DNA of 64,000 nucleotides from Octopus vulgaris (GCA_951406725.2 OX597818.1:29512001-29576000), one strand, 5' to 3'. Shown: positions 27,347 to 42,199, counted from the first letter of the stretch. Translations and numbers: made by a program. Notes: generated by a model not told the origin, from the sequence alone.

Positions 27347-28718
27347 TGTTATTTAGGTGATAGGATGATTGATTGATCTATAGACAGGCAGATATTCGAC
27401 AGGATGAAATGACCTATGTCTATAACCTCGGCGGGCCATTTACAATTAATTGATTTCGAAAAACAAGGTCTTTTACTTAAAAAGATTCATTAAAGATATT
27501 ACAAAAAATAATAACAGACCCACACTATTGGGAATCTACTAATAATTGCTAATAATCAAAATCAACAAAATGTTTTTACAAATGTTTTTTCTCTCCTTAT
27601 AGACATTTAGTTATTTCGTCGTATTAACAATAAATTCCCTCGGTAACTTGGCAGTACATTAACTTATTACCGTTCGCAATCTATTGTTGATACCAAACAA
27701 TTAAAGTCATGACGTAGAGAAATATGCAATATATGTGATCCATTTGTAAAGGGTTATTCTTCCAAATGACTATCAATATGTTAATTGGACACGTCAAATA
27801 AAGCAATTTTTATACTGTCATTGTGTCAGGCATTTAGGATTCAATTAATTATTTAAATTAATTATTAAACTATGACGTCAATCCCTAAATTTCTAAATCA
27901 CCGTATATATGGTATATTTAGCTTATAACATAGTAATTAATGTTGAACCTCAAAATATAGCCAAAACACCCAGAAATTAAACATGCTACAATGTATTCTC
28001 TTCAAATTTTAATCATGTTCTTGTTTTACCTTCTGATCGAGAAGACCTATGATGGAAGTTACACCAGCCATGGTCACCCCATTCCATTTAGATATAGTAT
28101 ATCTAAGACATTACATAATGCGTCCTGCACTTTATAACTATATGGCGGGATTTGAGAGAGATTTGGCTACTTTTTCCTATAGGTCGAGTCACTAAGTAAT
28201 GGCACCCACCATTTTTTTTTTGTAGATTGAATAGCACAAAAATACGAAATATTATTCTCCTCAAATTAGATTTCATATTTTCCTCTTTCAAAAACTAATT
28301 TTTCTAAATAATGACTCAAAAATTCATCTCACTATACAATCTGTGTCAATTTCAATCTATATTATGATGAGAGCCCTGTGTTTCTCGCCGTCTGTGTGTC
28401 TGTTCGACACATGATAGCCGCAGATCAAGATGATTTTTCAAATAATTTATTTAGAGAAACAAAATTTATACAAATAAAAAAAAGCAGAATTTGATCAATT
28501 TATATATTGAATTCATACATGCAACAGAAGAAACCATACGAGAATAGGAAGGTCAGTTTTCCAGCATTGAGCGACGTTTAGCTTACCTACGGAAGTCCCT
28601 GTGAAAAGAGTTAAAAAAGGTAGGTATTTTAATTCTTTAGAACTGAAATGTTTCCCTATCTAATTTACGGAAAACCAATCACATAAAAGCCGTTGTTAGT
28701 TACTTAGACTGATATATA

Positions 28719-29826
28719 TTAGGTTGTCAAGAAAGTTCTTGTGGAATTTTAAATTTTGGTTTTAAATTATGTATTTTCAAATTAATTTTCGTTAAATTAC
28801 TTTGGCCTTACATATCATTTCAAAGCCCATTTTTCGCTCTGTCTAACCATGTTACTCTTTTTGTTTTTGAATAAGTAGGCCATTTTATCCGGAATGTTGA
28901 ATACAACTTGGACAAAAAAGCAAATTCGCACAATTTTCTTATTCCAGCTCGCGATATCAACGATGCATTTGGCTCAGGAACTACTAATGAACATACAGCA
29001 CAATGGTGGTTCAAGAAATTTCGTAGCGGTGATGAGAGTCTTGAAGATGATAAACGGATGTTGACAACGATCAACAAAGAGCCTTAGTAGAAGCCAATCC
29101 ACGCATAACTGTTCGAGAGCTTGCTTCTGAATTAGATGTAACGTATACGATAATTTCCAACCACTTGAAAGTGATTGGAAAAACAAAAATACTTGAGAAA
29201 TGGGTGCCGCACGAACCAAAAAAAACGCCGTTTTGAAGTCTCGTCTTCCCTTCTTTTACGCAACAAGAACGACCCGTTTCTCGACCGGATTGTGACTTGC
29301 GATGAAAAGTGGATTCTTTACAACCGGCGACGTTCAGCTCAGTGATTGGACGCCGACGAAGCTCCACGGCACTTATCGAAGCCAAAGCTGTACCAAAAGA
29401 AGGTCATGATGACTATTTGGTGGTCTGCGGCCGGTCTCATATATCACTGCTTTTTGGACCCAGGCGAAGCCATTACGGCGGAGAAGTACTGTCAGCAAAT
29501 GGATGAAATGCATAAGAAACTCCGACAACAGCCAGCATTGGTCAATAGAAAAAGACCAATTCTTCTCCATGACAATGCTCAGCCGCACGTCGCACAACGG
29601 ACCCTGCAGAAGCTGAACGAATTGGGCTACGAAACTCTGCTTTATCCGCCATACTCACCAGACCTCTCGCCTACCGACTACCACTTTTTCAAGCATCTAG
29701 AAAACTTCCTGCGTGAGAAATGCTTCAAAAACCAAGACGATGCCAAACACACCTTCAACGACTTCATCGCCACCAGAAAGCAGGATTTTTACGCTACTGG
29801 CATAAATAAACTTGTTTCGCATTGGT
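28719..29826 (+). mobile_element. Mariner (DD34D) transposon, 3'-truncated, frameshifted
   Basis: Left TIR TTAGGTTGTCAAGAAAGTTC after TA; WVPHE, TCDEKW, HDNAQPH and YSPDLSPTDYH; right TIR is missing. Confidence 0.92.
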
Positions 29827-29863
29827 ACCTTCCCTGATATTCATATTTGGATTGTACTTTATA

Positions 29864-29990
29864 ATCTCTGAAGAGGCCTTGGGATATATTTGTAAGTGTC
29901 TCATTTATAACCACATATTAACTTATCACACCTGGCTAATATGAGCATAATGAGATACTCATATCTGCATGGCTGAAACAGCTGTAAGAT
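29864..29990 (+). ncRNA. Type I hammerhead ribozyme with ~90-nt stem-II insertion
   Basis: AUCU-CUGAAGA-GGCC...GGCU-GAAAC-AGCU-GUA-AGAU; palindromic ACAGCUGU stem III. Confidence 0.7.
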
Positions 29991-30379
29991 ATAGTTTATA
30001 TTTATATTTATATTTATATTTATCTATATTTATTTATACATATTGTACTTATTGTATCATATTACTCATTGATGTGCACTGTTTTGTTCTGTACTATTAT
30101 GTTTGACCTTGATGTTCATATGTAGTTGATTAATAAATCATGTGAATGGGTATTATCTGGTAGTTGATTATTGATTAAGGTATATTTCTCTATTTTCTTA
30201 TTTTGTATTATGAATTTGTGGTAAAACATTTTACCTTCGCCCATATAATACAATAAATGAATTAATTGCATCGCAATTCTTAACATTTATATATTAACTT
30301 TGTTGGGTGCTTTACTAGCTGTATATTGGATATATGTTATCCCATTGTGGGTTGCACTCACAACCCCTATCTCAATTTG

Positions 30380-30465
<86 letters not shown>

Positions 30466-30876
30466 GCATATACATATAGATATTAATAGTCTGCTAGTAA
30501 GTGACCCCTTAATTATCTGCTAACATCTTGTTTTAAGTTTTCCCTTACTAAACCTCATGACATTGCTTCTAATAAATTTTTATTGCTATACCATCTAGAA
30601 TGTCTGTCTATTCCCTCAACTCTACCCCAAACAGATACTGCCCTCTGTTCCTCTCAGCTTTAAATATACAAGGGATTTGATAAACTGGTCTATAAATTAA
30701 AAATGACCCCATAAAAAACAAAAAATCAGTGACAAGCAGTGTCTTCTTGAAAATTTTAGTTACGGCTATGCTGTTGTAAGTACATGTTCTTTGTCTATCT
30801 CTTAACTTCTTGGAGATTTTAGGTATAATTATACTAATCTGTCCATCTGTTTAATTTAATTAAATCATATGTCTTT

Positions 30877-30965
30877 GTGCAGCTGAAGATTGCTCTACAT
30901 TTTAAATTGATGTAATGATTGCATTGTTCAATTAAATGGAGTCGCATGAAACGATCGTACTGCAT
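30877..30965 (+). ncRNA. Type I hammerhead ribozyme with extended stem II
   Basis: GUGCAG-CUGAAGA-UUGC...GCAU-GAAAC-GAUC-GUA-CUGCAU; palindromic ACGAUCGU; the insert folds (CAUUU/AAAUG, AAUUGA/UCAAUU). Confidence 0.75.
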
Positions 30966-31989
30966 TACCTCTGGATATCCTTGTTACTTATTTTGATTTT
31001 AATCCCCTTATTTTGAAATTGTATGGATAATACCGTACTAAATTCTGGTGCCTCAACTTAAGTACCATATTCATCTGAATCTAAATTTTTGCTGAACTCA
31101 TCTACCATACCTAAATTATATATATACATATATACATATGCATATATATACATATACATATATATATACATATACATTTATATATACATATATGTATGTA
31201 TATATAAATTTATGGATATATATGCATGTATATATGAATGTATGTATGTATATATACATATATACATTATGTATATAATAATTTATATGTGTTTAATTAA
31301 TTAATGAGAACATTGTATCAATTTGAAAGAAATCTCTCTCTTCAGATGACCGCTTTGGTATCAAACAAAGTATAAACCATTTTTTTAAAGAAATTTATAT
31401 ATCAGTAACGGGAACCAAAATATTTACATTGTTTCCTATTGTAATATCTGTGGCAGAATGAGTTTAGAAAATAATGCATACCTTGTTAAGCCTGCTATAA
31501 TTTAGAGAGTAGCAGAAGAAGTAGTGGTGGGGGTGGGTCAAGATAAAAGAAGTGATGACGTAGATATACTTAAAAGATTTTATGTAGCATGTAGTCTTTA
31601 ACCGTTTGGAAATTGTTAACTTTATTCTAGGGAGTCGTCAACTTTATTCTAGTTAATGGTGATAAATCAATTAAAGTCAGACAAAAGTCAGACAATCTTC
31701 TCGATTCCCAATATACTAGAACCATATACCTAGCTTTACCTACATAAAAGGGTATGTCGCAGAATTGCTGGTAAGAGAATGACTGTGGGGAAGGAGTGGT
31801 CACTGGAAGGAAGAAGGATAGGGGTGGCCAATACTTATTTAGATTGTCAAATAAAGGAGAATATAACGAAAAACCAATAGAGATAAGTAACTTTTCTATC
31901 CTTATTCTATATATTTATATAAATTGTCTCAAAGTAATATTATAAATTTTACTAAGTTATAAGTTACTGCCTCCTGCATTCTTCAATTT

Positions 31990-33983
31990 TAATTTCTACC
32001 CCTAAAGCTTATATTACTTATCTCTTTTGGTTTTTCTTCCATTTAGTTTGGAGAATACTTCTGTGCTTGGTAAGGGATAAATGTGTTCGACTAAACAGTC
32101 ATTTAATCCAGTTGAAAAGTCTAGTCGTCAAATCCAGTTGAGAAGTCCGCGCACACTCTAATCCTTCCAAAAAAAAACACATGGAAACAATTTTTTAATT
32201 TTTTGTCTCAGTTGTTCGACTTCATTCTAACTTTTGACTGTGCCGACTACATTTTCACAGAGAACATTAATGAGGGTATCCCAAAGCTTAAATAACTTCA
32301 TACATTCTGCACCAAATAGGTTTAGTGATTTTTTCAACATATAAATGCTTGTCCTTTTTGTTTCAACTCGAAAAGTTACATTGTAAATACATTCGCCGAT
32401 GAAATATTTCTTTCCTGTAACACCATATGCTACTTTTTTTATTTAAATAATTTCGGCTAACCGATTTATCGCTATGTTTCTTCATTTATGAGTGATGTTA
32501 CTACCCGTGTCTAATTGCATTTTGACACTAGTGGTTTTGATTCTCACCTATTTGAATTTTCTGTTCGTTGTACAATCTTTTTTCTTTGATGACAAACTAT
32601 TTACTTTTTCTCGTTTGGTCCAATTTTTCGTCATCTTAATTCTGCAGTACGATTTAATGTATCCTGTGTTCCCACAACGAAAGCACTTGGCATTTTTGAA
32701 CGGACTCTCTTTTCTCAGGTGCCTACCACCACATACCATACATGGGTTTATCCCCGGATATATATCGTGTTTCTTGTGAAACACTTTTATTCGTTTTCCG
32801 AATTTTTCGCACTGGTTTTATCTGTAAACAATCTCTGAGTTGGATTTCTTCTTTATTGTGCCTTAGTTTTAATAACATATCGCACCCCTCTGTCAGTTTC
32901 TGGAAAGTTATATCCTGGTTCATTTCCAGCTTTGCTAGAATTTTCGTTCTGACTTCTGCGTCCTTTTTGGCAGTAAGTCCCTGAGCAAAAATTAGGCATT
33001 TGAATGAGTCTGGAGCTAATTTATCCAGTTTTAATCTCTCGCACTCTCTGTTCATGGTAAAGTCTTCGTCATCGCTTTTCTCCGTGTTCAAACACTTCCA
33101 ACGTTTGTTGAATAACGATGTTTTTTCGCTAAACATCTTACATAAAATGTCAATTGTGCTCGTGAATTTTATCTGAAACTTTTTTAGGCAATATAAACTT
33201 ACAGTAATTTTCGTGCTCTGTCGTGGACAGTTTCCTCAGAATTAAACGCGGTTTCATTTCGTCCGTCCAGTCTAAGCCTTCTTTTTCGAAAATTTGTTCA
33301 AATCTTCGGTAATACGCCTCGAAGGAGACTCCTTCTACCGGGTCATGTTTAAATTCATTTATTGAATTTACTACATGGTCTGGCAAAAATGTATTTTCCG
33401 GTTTTGTTACCAACTTCTATAGTTGTAGCATTTGTTGTTATTCTTGTTGTTCTTCGAGTTGTGTTTGTTATTGTTTTTGCAACTAGATTCTCTAACAAGG
33501 TTTCCGCAGTTTTACAGATTTTTTTGTAAAATATGTACAACAAAATGTTTGTTACTCCTCTATCGAGTTTTTCATTTCTCCGCGTGAGAAATTTTTCAAC
33601 GTCGGCCGCGTGAATTGTTTATTTTCTCGTGAAAAAAAATTATTTCTCAACGAGGAATTGTTTATATCCTCGGCGCCACTGTTATAATGTGAGATCCTCG
33701 TTCACCTGTAAGTTATTGTTGGCACTGTAATATTCTTGTCGCCACTGTTATATTGTGGCGGTATTCCGCATCTTATTATCTTTGACTCGTCTATCCTGCT
33801 ATTGCTGATAGCTCCGCAAGACAATGACTTTGAAACAGCTACCTTGATGGTAACTCGAACCCGTATATATCACGTGACTAACACTAACTCCAATTGAGAA
33901 CTCGTACAACGACTCTATTGCTACTGACTTTGTTATAATGACTGAATGACTTTATAGTAGCTGGTTCATACTACTTTGTTACA
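31990..33983 (-). mobile_element. Decayed Ty3/Gypsy (Mag-like) LTR retrotransposon 5' part: LTR, PBS, gag, protease, start of RT
   Basis: LTR about 33746-33983 (TGT...ACA); PBS TGGCGCCGAGGAT at 33666-33678; gag ORFs 33150-33413 and 32723-33136; zinc knuckles 32548-32784; protease MQLDTGS; RT RVCADFSTG..YPLP. Confidence 0.85.
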
Positions 33984-33999
33984 TTGGAAGGAGAGTATC

Positions 34000-34700
34000 A
34001 TTTTCACCACAAACTTAGCTTTGAAGAAAGGAAATTTATCCGAAAGCTACTAGAAGTTTGAAAGCGCAGTCGGAGTACAAAGTCAGTTTAGGAGTGAGTT
34101 TCAAACATATCCACCGACGCAACATACAATCATTCGAATTAGAGCTAAGTTTGAAGCAGATGGAACAGTTTGCAATGTCCACAAGAAACATTCCAGAAGA
34201 CCGCAGACATCGAAGAGCCCCACAAGACAAGACTAGAAACGTATTGCCAGAGTTTAAGAAAACCTGTGCGACAAAGGAGTCGTGAGAGAGGAATTTCAAA
34301 ATCAAGCCTCCGTCGCATTTTGAAGTTCTGTCATTGGAAAAGCTACTGTTCATGAATAGTTCAAGCTTTTAATAAAGATTATCGAGGAAAGGTGTTTTGC
34401 GAGAGATGCTTATCAAGATGTGTAGATGCACACTTTCCAACAAAAATTGTTCGAAGTGATAAGATAACATTTAAATTAAATGGCTCAATTAACCGCCATA
34501 ATTGCACCTTCTGGAGACCTAAGAACCCATATATTAAAGAGGAATATCGTGATAATTTACCAGGAGTTAAAGTATGGTGCAACTTATCTTCAAAAGGATT
34601 AATTGACGATACTGTAACTGGTCCCATTTATTCGAATTTTCTACGTCAGTTAGTCATGCCAAGCATTCAAGTGTTTTATTTCTAGCAAGAAAGAGCATAT
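34000..34700 (+). mobile_element. Decayed Tc1/mariner-superfamily transposase fragment
   Basis: [17 protein letters not shown]...NP...LPGVKVWC and TVTG..Y motifs in ORF 34392-34685. Confidence 0.75.
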
Positions 34701-35566
34701 TAATGAGCGCGCGCGTGTGTGTGTAGAATCAGATGCTTACCTATTACACATACAGTGAAATATTTCAATGCTATGATTGTAGAGAAGGCTGTCCATATGA
34801 CTATACAAGCATTGAAGATATGAAGACGAAAGCAAAACTGACTGCGCATTTATCAGAGAAATCAGCATATTATGACGCTTTAATAGAAAGGCATTGAAAC
34901 TTTCGAACGAAAAATCAAAGATAAAAAGTATTAAATACATTACCTCCGTTTAATTTTCTGTGTTGAAAAACTATGATTGAAATGATGTCACAATATTAAC
35001 ATACACACCTATTCACAAATGTAAGAGCTTTTATCTCTTTATTTGATCTGTTAGAAATATTTGCCAAATCTCCTTCAAATCGTCTGGTAAGGTACATCAT
35101 AATGATGAAAACAGAACCTTGACTAGGAACGCTATTCATGGAAAAATCAGCTAAGTAAATGTAACTATTGTACAATGTATATACTGAGTTTTCAGAATAT
35201 GTAATAAAATATTTTTAAAATAAACGTTTTTAGTTAGACGATATATTTATTTAGCCTTCGCTTAGTAAGACAATCTAAAATTCAATAGTTATGCATTAAC
35301 AAAGCACTAAATATAACATCTATTTTTCTGAAAATAAAAATAGATGTAAAATTAATAACTTTCTAATTCTTACAAAGTCTCTTTTTATTTAAAGTAAAAA
35401 TATATTATATTAAAAGTATAATTTTAAATCACCAAGAATTTTTAATTTTGCCATCTTGCTATAGGATTCAACACTATTGAGATATTGAGTGCTTTCGTTA
35501 GTATATAATTTTTTTTTAATCTGTACCATAAAAAATGAGTTAATTCAGATGTGTGTGCGCGCGCGC

Positions 35567-35598
<32 letters not shown>

Positions 35599-35671
35599 GA
35601 GAGATATAATGAGAGAAATAGCAAGAGATTTGGAGAGTGAAAGAAACATGTATATATGTATGTATGTATGT

Positions 35672-35965
<294 letters not shown>

Positions 35966-36121
35966 GAACAAATTTTTTTCATTGTAGTAATAGAATTTTC
36001 ACTTTCCCTTCATATTGCTCTGGCTTTGATCATTGTATTTTACGCTTTCCGTTGGGAAATATCCCGAAGCGATTTGATAGAATTACTTGTATGCATATTT
36101 TAAAACTATTCTTAGAATTAA

Positions 36122-36339
36122 CAAGTAAAGTCAATCGCAACATCAAAGTGACTGTTCCATGCTATTACTAGTTTAATCCCAGGCGGATCGTCTGCCAGCT
36201 GGTTATGGTGCGACGCTGCCTCCTTTATATACGATAGGGTGCATCGTCAAACCGATAACCAGCTGGCGGACGATCTGCTTGAGATTAAACTAGTAGTAAT
36301 ATGGAAAAGTCACTTTGATGTGGCAATTGACTTACTTGA
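36122..36339. mobile_element. Hairpin MITE/foldback (~95-bp imperfect arms)
   Basis: ACATCAAAGTGACT / AGTCACTTTGATGT; TACTAGTTTAATC / GATTAAACTAGTA; GCCAGCTGGTTAT / ATAACCAGCTGGC. Confidence 0.75.
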
Positions 36340-37299
36340 TAGTATAGTTACTACTCTGATCTCTTCTTGAAATTTTACAACTAGCTATTAGAATTGTATT
36401 TTAAAAATTACTTGAATTGTCTCCCTTAGATACTATGTCGTCCGGTTCATTTGTAGTGTAAGTTTACTTACAATATTCGACGAAGCACTGTACTACACTG
36501 TACCGCTCTACAACACACTTTTACATGACACAATACTATGGGGATTTACGCAAAAAAGCCACCACACTCAAGTTTGTCATGTTTCATCTGTTTGTATTCC
36601 TGAACGTTGTTTACAATAATATGAACCAAAAATCATTAAAATCTTATAAAAACAATTCTGAATAAAGTAGTGAGTGAAAGTTAAGGGTAAAGGCAGTAAT
36701 AATAGTTTGTTTGGGGGTTTTTTTGTGATTTCTTGTGGGAATCCAGTGAAACAGTTAACGTAAATTAATAAACTAAAAGTAAATATAAAAATGCAAATGT
36801 ATCTGTCGAAACTACTAGACCTTCAAGTAATCGCAAATGATGCAAACATACATTTCGCCATAAAAACTTAGAAATCTAGTGAATTCTGTTAAGCTTATTT
36901 CATTCTCAAATGGAACAGTAATATATTTTTACTCTTAAAACTAAACTGTGTTATTATCAGGAATATATTTTTACATTTAAAAAAAAATTACACTTTTTTA
37001 CAGAAAACTTGTTGACGTGTAGCTCGCTATATAGATTGTAATACGTCACAGAAGATGTAATGGGAAAAAATAACATTTGATCATGGCGAGTTTCCAAAGC
37101 CGTAGACTGATTTCCGGTTGGGAGTAATAGGAGAAATATCTTGGCGTGTGACAACACACGCCAAATTCTGGTTTTAAAATTGCAAGTGAATACTATCTGT
37201 TCGATTATTTCTTCGCCTGAATCTATTTTGTTTCAGTACTCACTGCCTTTCGTGATTTTAAAGCATACAACTACTCAGTGTTTTCACACTCTTCCCTAT

Positions 37300-39060
37300 A
37301 GAAAATTCTAGCACATTTAACGATCGTTAACTTTTGGTCTCGTCTCCTACTTATGTCTTTAACTAATGTATTGGGTCTTCACTCTTGATATCTCTCTTAA
37401 CCTTAAAACCATATTAATCTTGCCATTAGAATTTTTGTTCCCAAAGGAACCTATAGGGTGATCACTCCACTGATAGTCAAAACATCTCACTCCATATTAA
37501 TACTGCATAACACTCTTCTTCCTCTTAAAATTTTGATATTTTAAGTAATCGGCTTGGTTGGAAACTCTATGCCTGCTACACTTGGTGGTAAATTCGCCTC
37601 ATGTTTTACTCATCGAAGATAATTCCTTTTCAACTTGTTCGAAACAACCGTCAACAACCGTTCTACTACCAAAGCCTACAGCTTACATCTTCAAGATTTA
37701 CTTATGCCTATCCTGAAACAATGCAGGCAAAGACCACTTCTAATAAGATCTGAAGGAAATTACCTCTTATTACCGACCGCGAGACTTTCATCTACCTCTG
37801 TAATATAAATATCTGGAAAGCAATACATATCTTTATGCATATCCCAAATTGCAGGGAGTTCTTTCTTTATTATTCTCCTTGCCAATAGCATCCCTATACA
37901 AACTGGAGGAACTTATTTACCCTTCCCTCCTTAATCCAGTGGGCTCTACAAACAATGTATTTGCATACATAGCCACAATATTTGCCGAGAGCTTCGCATC
38001 TGATTCTATTCAGTGCCAACAAAATTCTCACATATCTCAAAGATTCATAGCAATCATCTACATCATTGCCTGAGTCTGTTTTCTTCATCGCTGGTTTGCA
38101 ATATTTTTCTGACGAGCCCCAACGAAGAAGACCCACTATCCTACATCTCACTTATGAGGTTTATCACCTTTGAGGAACGGAGCAGTATGATTGCAACGTC
38201 TTCAGTTATTCCTGCTCTTGACACGAGGATTCTTTAAGAAATTTTCCAACCTGTCTACTCAAACCATTGCTTATCTATTGGATTAGAAATTTTCAGCCAC
38301 AGCATTCAATCGCAGCGTGTGTTCTATCTGATCCCCATTTTATTCACTATTTTTACGTGCTTCCAGAGTTTGATTTCACTTTCTACTCTTTCTCTGTATC
38401 CATGAGCTTTGCTAAATCTTTCTCAAATTTTGCAAATTCTAGACCCTATAAGTTCTTATCTCTCGCGTTGACCACACATATTACTTAATCAAAATATGAC
38501 ATCAAAGTCTAGGCCTTCTCTTCAAAGCTAGAAACTACATTGACTCTGATCAGCTGATAACTATTTCAGAGCACACTAAAATATTTCTCCTGAGTGAATA
38601 GCTGTTATAGGCGCAAACATATTTCGCATATAAAATATACTCTGTCCTCCCACTCGACATTTCTTCTTTCCTGCATCCTATGGACACTTCATCTCAACTG
38701 ACAGGCCGCATTTCCACTAGTTTTATACCAACTATCACTAACAAACCGCACCCATGATACATCAGAGACAGGTAGTAAATGACTAGGCTTTCGACGCCTG
38801 GATAAATTCACCCATTCACAAAAACTGAGCGTATACCGAGCACACCAACTCTTGAAAGATTACCTTCTGAATTGCAAAAGATAACTTCGTGCATTGCACA
38901 GTTATCAAACCATCCCATCTTTCAAACTGCTGCCAATCATTTTGGTCCCTCACCAAAAATATATTACAAAGTTTCTTTCCTTCCATTTCACAACATTTGT
39001 TCTGTGAGCAGTAATCTCGCAGAGAAATTCTTCCCCTTCGCTGCCCATCCTAGCTGGTGA
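37300..39060 (-). mobile_element. Very old CR1/L2-like LINE remnant
   Basis: Only faint RT-like spacing remains (L.LN..RC..L, K.GI); many stops. Confidence 0.3.
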
Positions 39061-39469
39061 TTTACAGTTTTTACTACAACTATCAAGTAAATGCTTTCAA
39101 TAAAATTAATTAAATTTAAAGCAGAATGTGTCTTTTGAGACGACCTAAGCGGAACGACAATGTTTGTTATATGATTTGGTAGTCGGTTTTTTTCTGCGGT
39201 AATGATCTATTAATTACTTTGTTTCAAGTAACCTTGAGCAGTTAGCTAGGCCAACCTTAAAAAGGCAACCTTAAATACAAGTTGAACAACCGAAAGAATT
39301 ATTACAAGCTATGGAACTACCTTTCCTTCTTATTCGTTTCAATTTCGCATAATTCTCTTCAAAATGCTTGGATGCATTCAGTATATTCTTTCCTCATGTT
39401 GCATTATCAACAGCATTTCCCCCTAACTTTCCAATTAAATATTACTATATATATATATATATATATATA

Positions 39470-39830
<361 letters not shown>

Positions 39831-39931
39831 CATATTATGCATATATAAATAATATATAATATATATAAATGATATATCTATATATATAATATAAATAATA
39901 TACATATTTATATATATAATTATATATAATA

Positions 39932-40304
39932 CTAGCAGTATCGCCCGGCGTTGCTCGGGTTTGTAAGGGAAATAACTATAAAGCATTTTTAGAGAGTTAT
40001 AGCCAAAAAATGGAAAAAAAATGATGGTAAATTTTTTTAGTTAAAAAGGTCGAGTTGCGTCCCCTAGATCTGTTGCGTCTGTTGTTTGTGTTTCTGATTC
40101 TCGACCCCATGTCGAATTTATCGATTTTTTTCAGAACTGGGGGAACTTTTCAAAATTTTCGCTGCGTTAGTTTTGAATTATGACATTGGGCTATGTGTGT
40201 GTCAAGTTTCATCAGAATCAGTTGAAAGCCGTGGTCAGGGTGAGGGTACAACCTAACAGACACACAGAAACACACACAGACAAACTGCCGTTTATATATA
40301 GAGA
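39932..40304 (-). mobile_element. Non-autonomous Helitron
   Basis: Minus 5' A|TCTCTATATATAAA; 3' hairpin CCCGAGCAACGCCGGG then CTAG|T. Confidence 0.8.
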
Positions 40305-40375
40305 TATATACATTATATAATATATATATGTATATATTATATAATATATATATTATATATAATATATATATATAA

Positions 40376-41819
40376 CTAGCAGTATCGCCCGGCGTTGCTC
40401 GGGTTTGTTTCGACCCGCTGGAATTGTAATTTTGAAAAGTAAAAATTTTGTGAACATTTTTCTGGTCGAAATACACCGAAAAGTAGCGACACAGCAGTGA
40501 AAAAATCGTAAAAAATAGGGATTTTCATAGAAAAAAGCATCTTTTTGATGTAAATAATTTTTGGTGTTAACATGGTCCGATTTGAATTTTATGTTCTACG
40601 GAAGGAAGAGCAACCCTTCTTCTACCATACTCTCAATTTTGGTCAACTTGCGCCGCAGGGTCTCGGAGGAGATAGTGTTAGTTGAAGGTTACCATTGTAG
40701 GTGCCTGAGTAACAACCTCGCGGATTTACAGATAAATGAATTAATTACTATTTTACAGAATAAAATTAAATAATTCTTGAAAATTAATTAATATTAATAT
40801 TTTTTGAACAAAGTAAATAATTTTTAAAACTTAAATAATAATTTTTTTTACACAAACGCGAACGGGGAAAAGGGGTGGCGAATTCGATTTACATACCTAA
40901 ATTTTTTCTTTTTCATGACATTGTAGCAAAATAGTAGTGAATTATATAAATACCAGCAGTACATTTTTTTTTCTGGGGTATTTTTTTTCAACCTCGTCAC
41001 ATATTTGCCCCTTTCAATTTAAACAAAGTCTTAATTAAGCAATTACGGCAGCTTAGCAATGGTTTCAATACAGGCGTGACATCTGTATCTCAATTGTTCA
41101 AAACCCTTCGAATTTTTTCGCACGTGATGATATCATAGTGAAAACTTCAGTTATTTCTGTCTTTCACTCTGTCTGTCTCTTTACACACACTAACAAAAGC
41201 ACTTCACTTACACACCACACTTTCTGTGTCGCACAACCCATCAAACACACACACACACACACACACACTCACGCACGCACACATGTACATCAATGCTTTC
41301 GGAGTGAAATGTTAAAATATTGAGTTTTCTCGAATTTTGTCTTAATTGGGGGTGAAATTGAAAGAAATATATTATGGCATGAGCGAATGGAGTACTTTGA
41401 AAAATCTTAGGTAAATTCTAATTGAAGAAATTGTGTGAGGAGTAAATCGTTATGTATTTATTTGTTTCTGTTTGCTGTGTTTTTTTATTTTTTGAGTAGT
41501 GGTTTAAATACTTTCAGTTTAGTCTTCCTCAAATCACTCTGTCGCTATTTACTTTCATTTTATTCGTTGCACACTGTGTGTGTGCGTTTGCGTGTGCTGT
41601 AAACCAGACTAAGAAAAGCATTTGACATACACACCAGAATGTGAGTTTTCTGTAAATTTTGCTTAATTGGAGTTTAAATTTTAAAAACTGGACCTGGCAT
41701 GACCCGATGCATTCTACTCTTAAAAATGCTAGGTAAATTGTAATTGAAGAAATCCTATATTGTAGATTTCTATAACTTACAAAGGGAGGCAGATAAAATC
41801 TGCCTTTTATAATAAGAGA
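40376..41819 (-). mobile_element. Non-autonomous Helitron (same 3' end)
   Basis: Minus 5' A|TCTCTTATTATAAAAGGCAG; identical 3' hairpin and CTAG|T. Confidence 0.8.
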
Positions 41820-41914
41820 TATATAATATATATATTATATATAATATATATACATTATATATAATATGTATACATTATATATAATATATATATAATATAT
41901 TTTTTTATTCTTTT

Positions 41915-42100
41915 ATTCTTTTACTTGTTTCAGTCATTTGACTGTGGCCATGCTGGAGCACCGCCTTTAGTCGAACAAATTTACCCTAGGACTTATTCTT
42001 TGTTAGCGTTGTACTTATTCTATCGGGCGTTTTTGCTAAGTTACTTTTGCTAAACACACCAGCATCGGTTGTCAAGTGATGTTGGGGAGGAACAAACACA

Positions 42101-42199
<99 letters not shown>

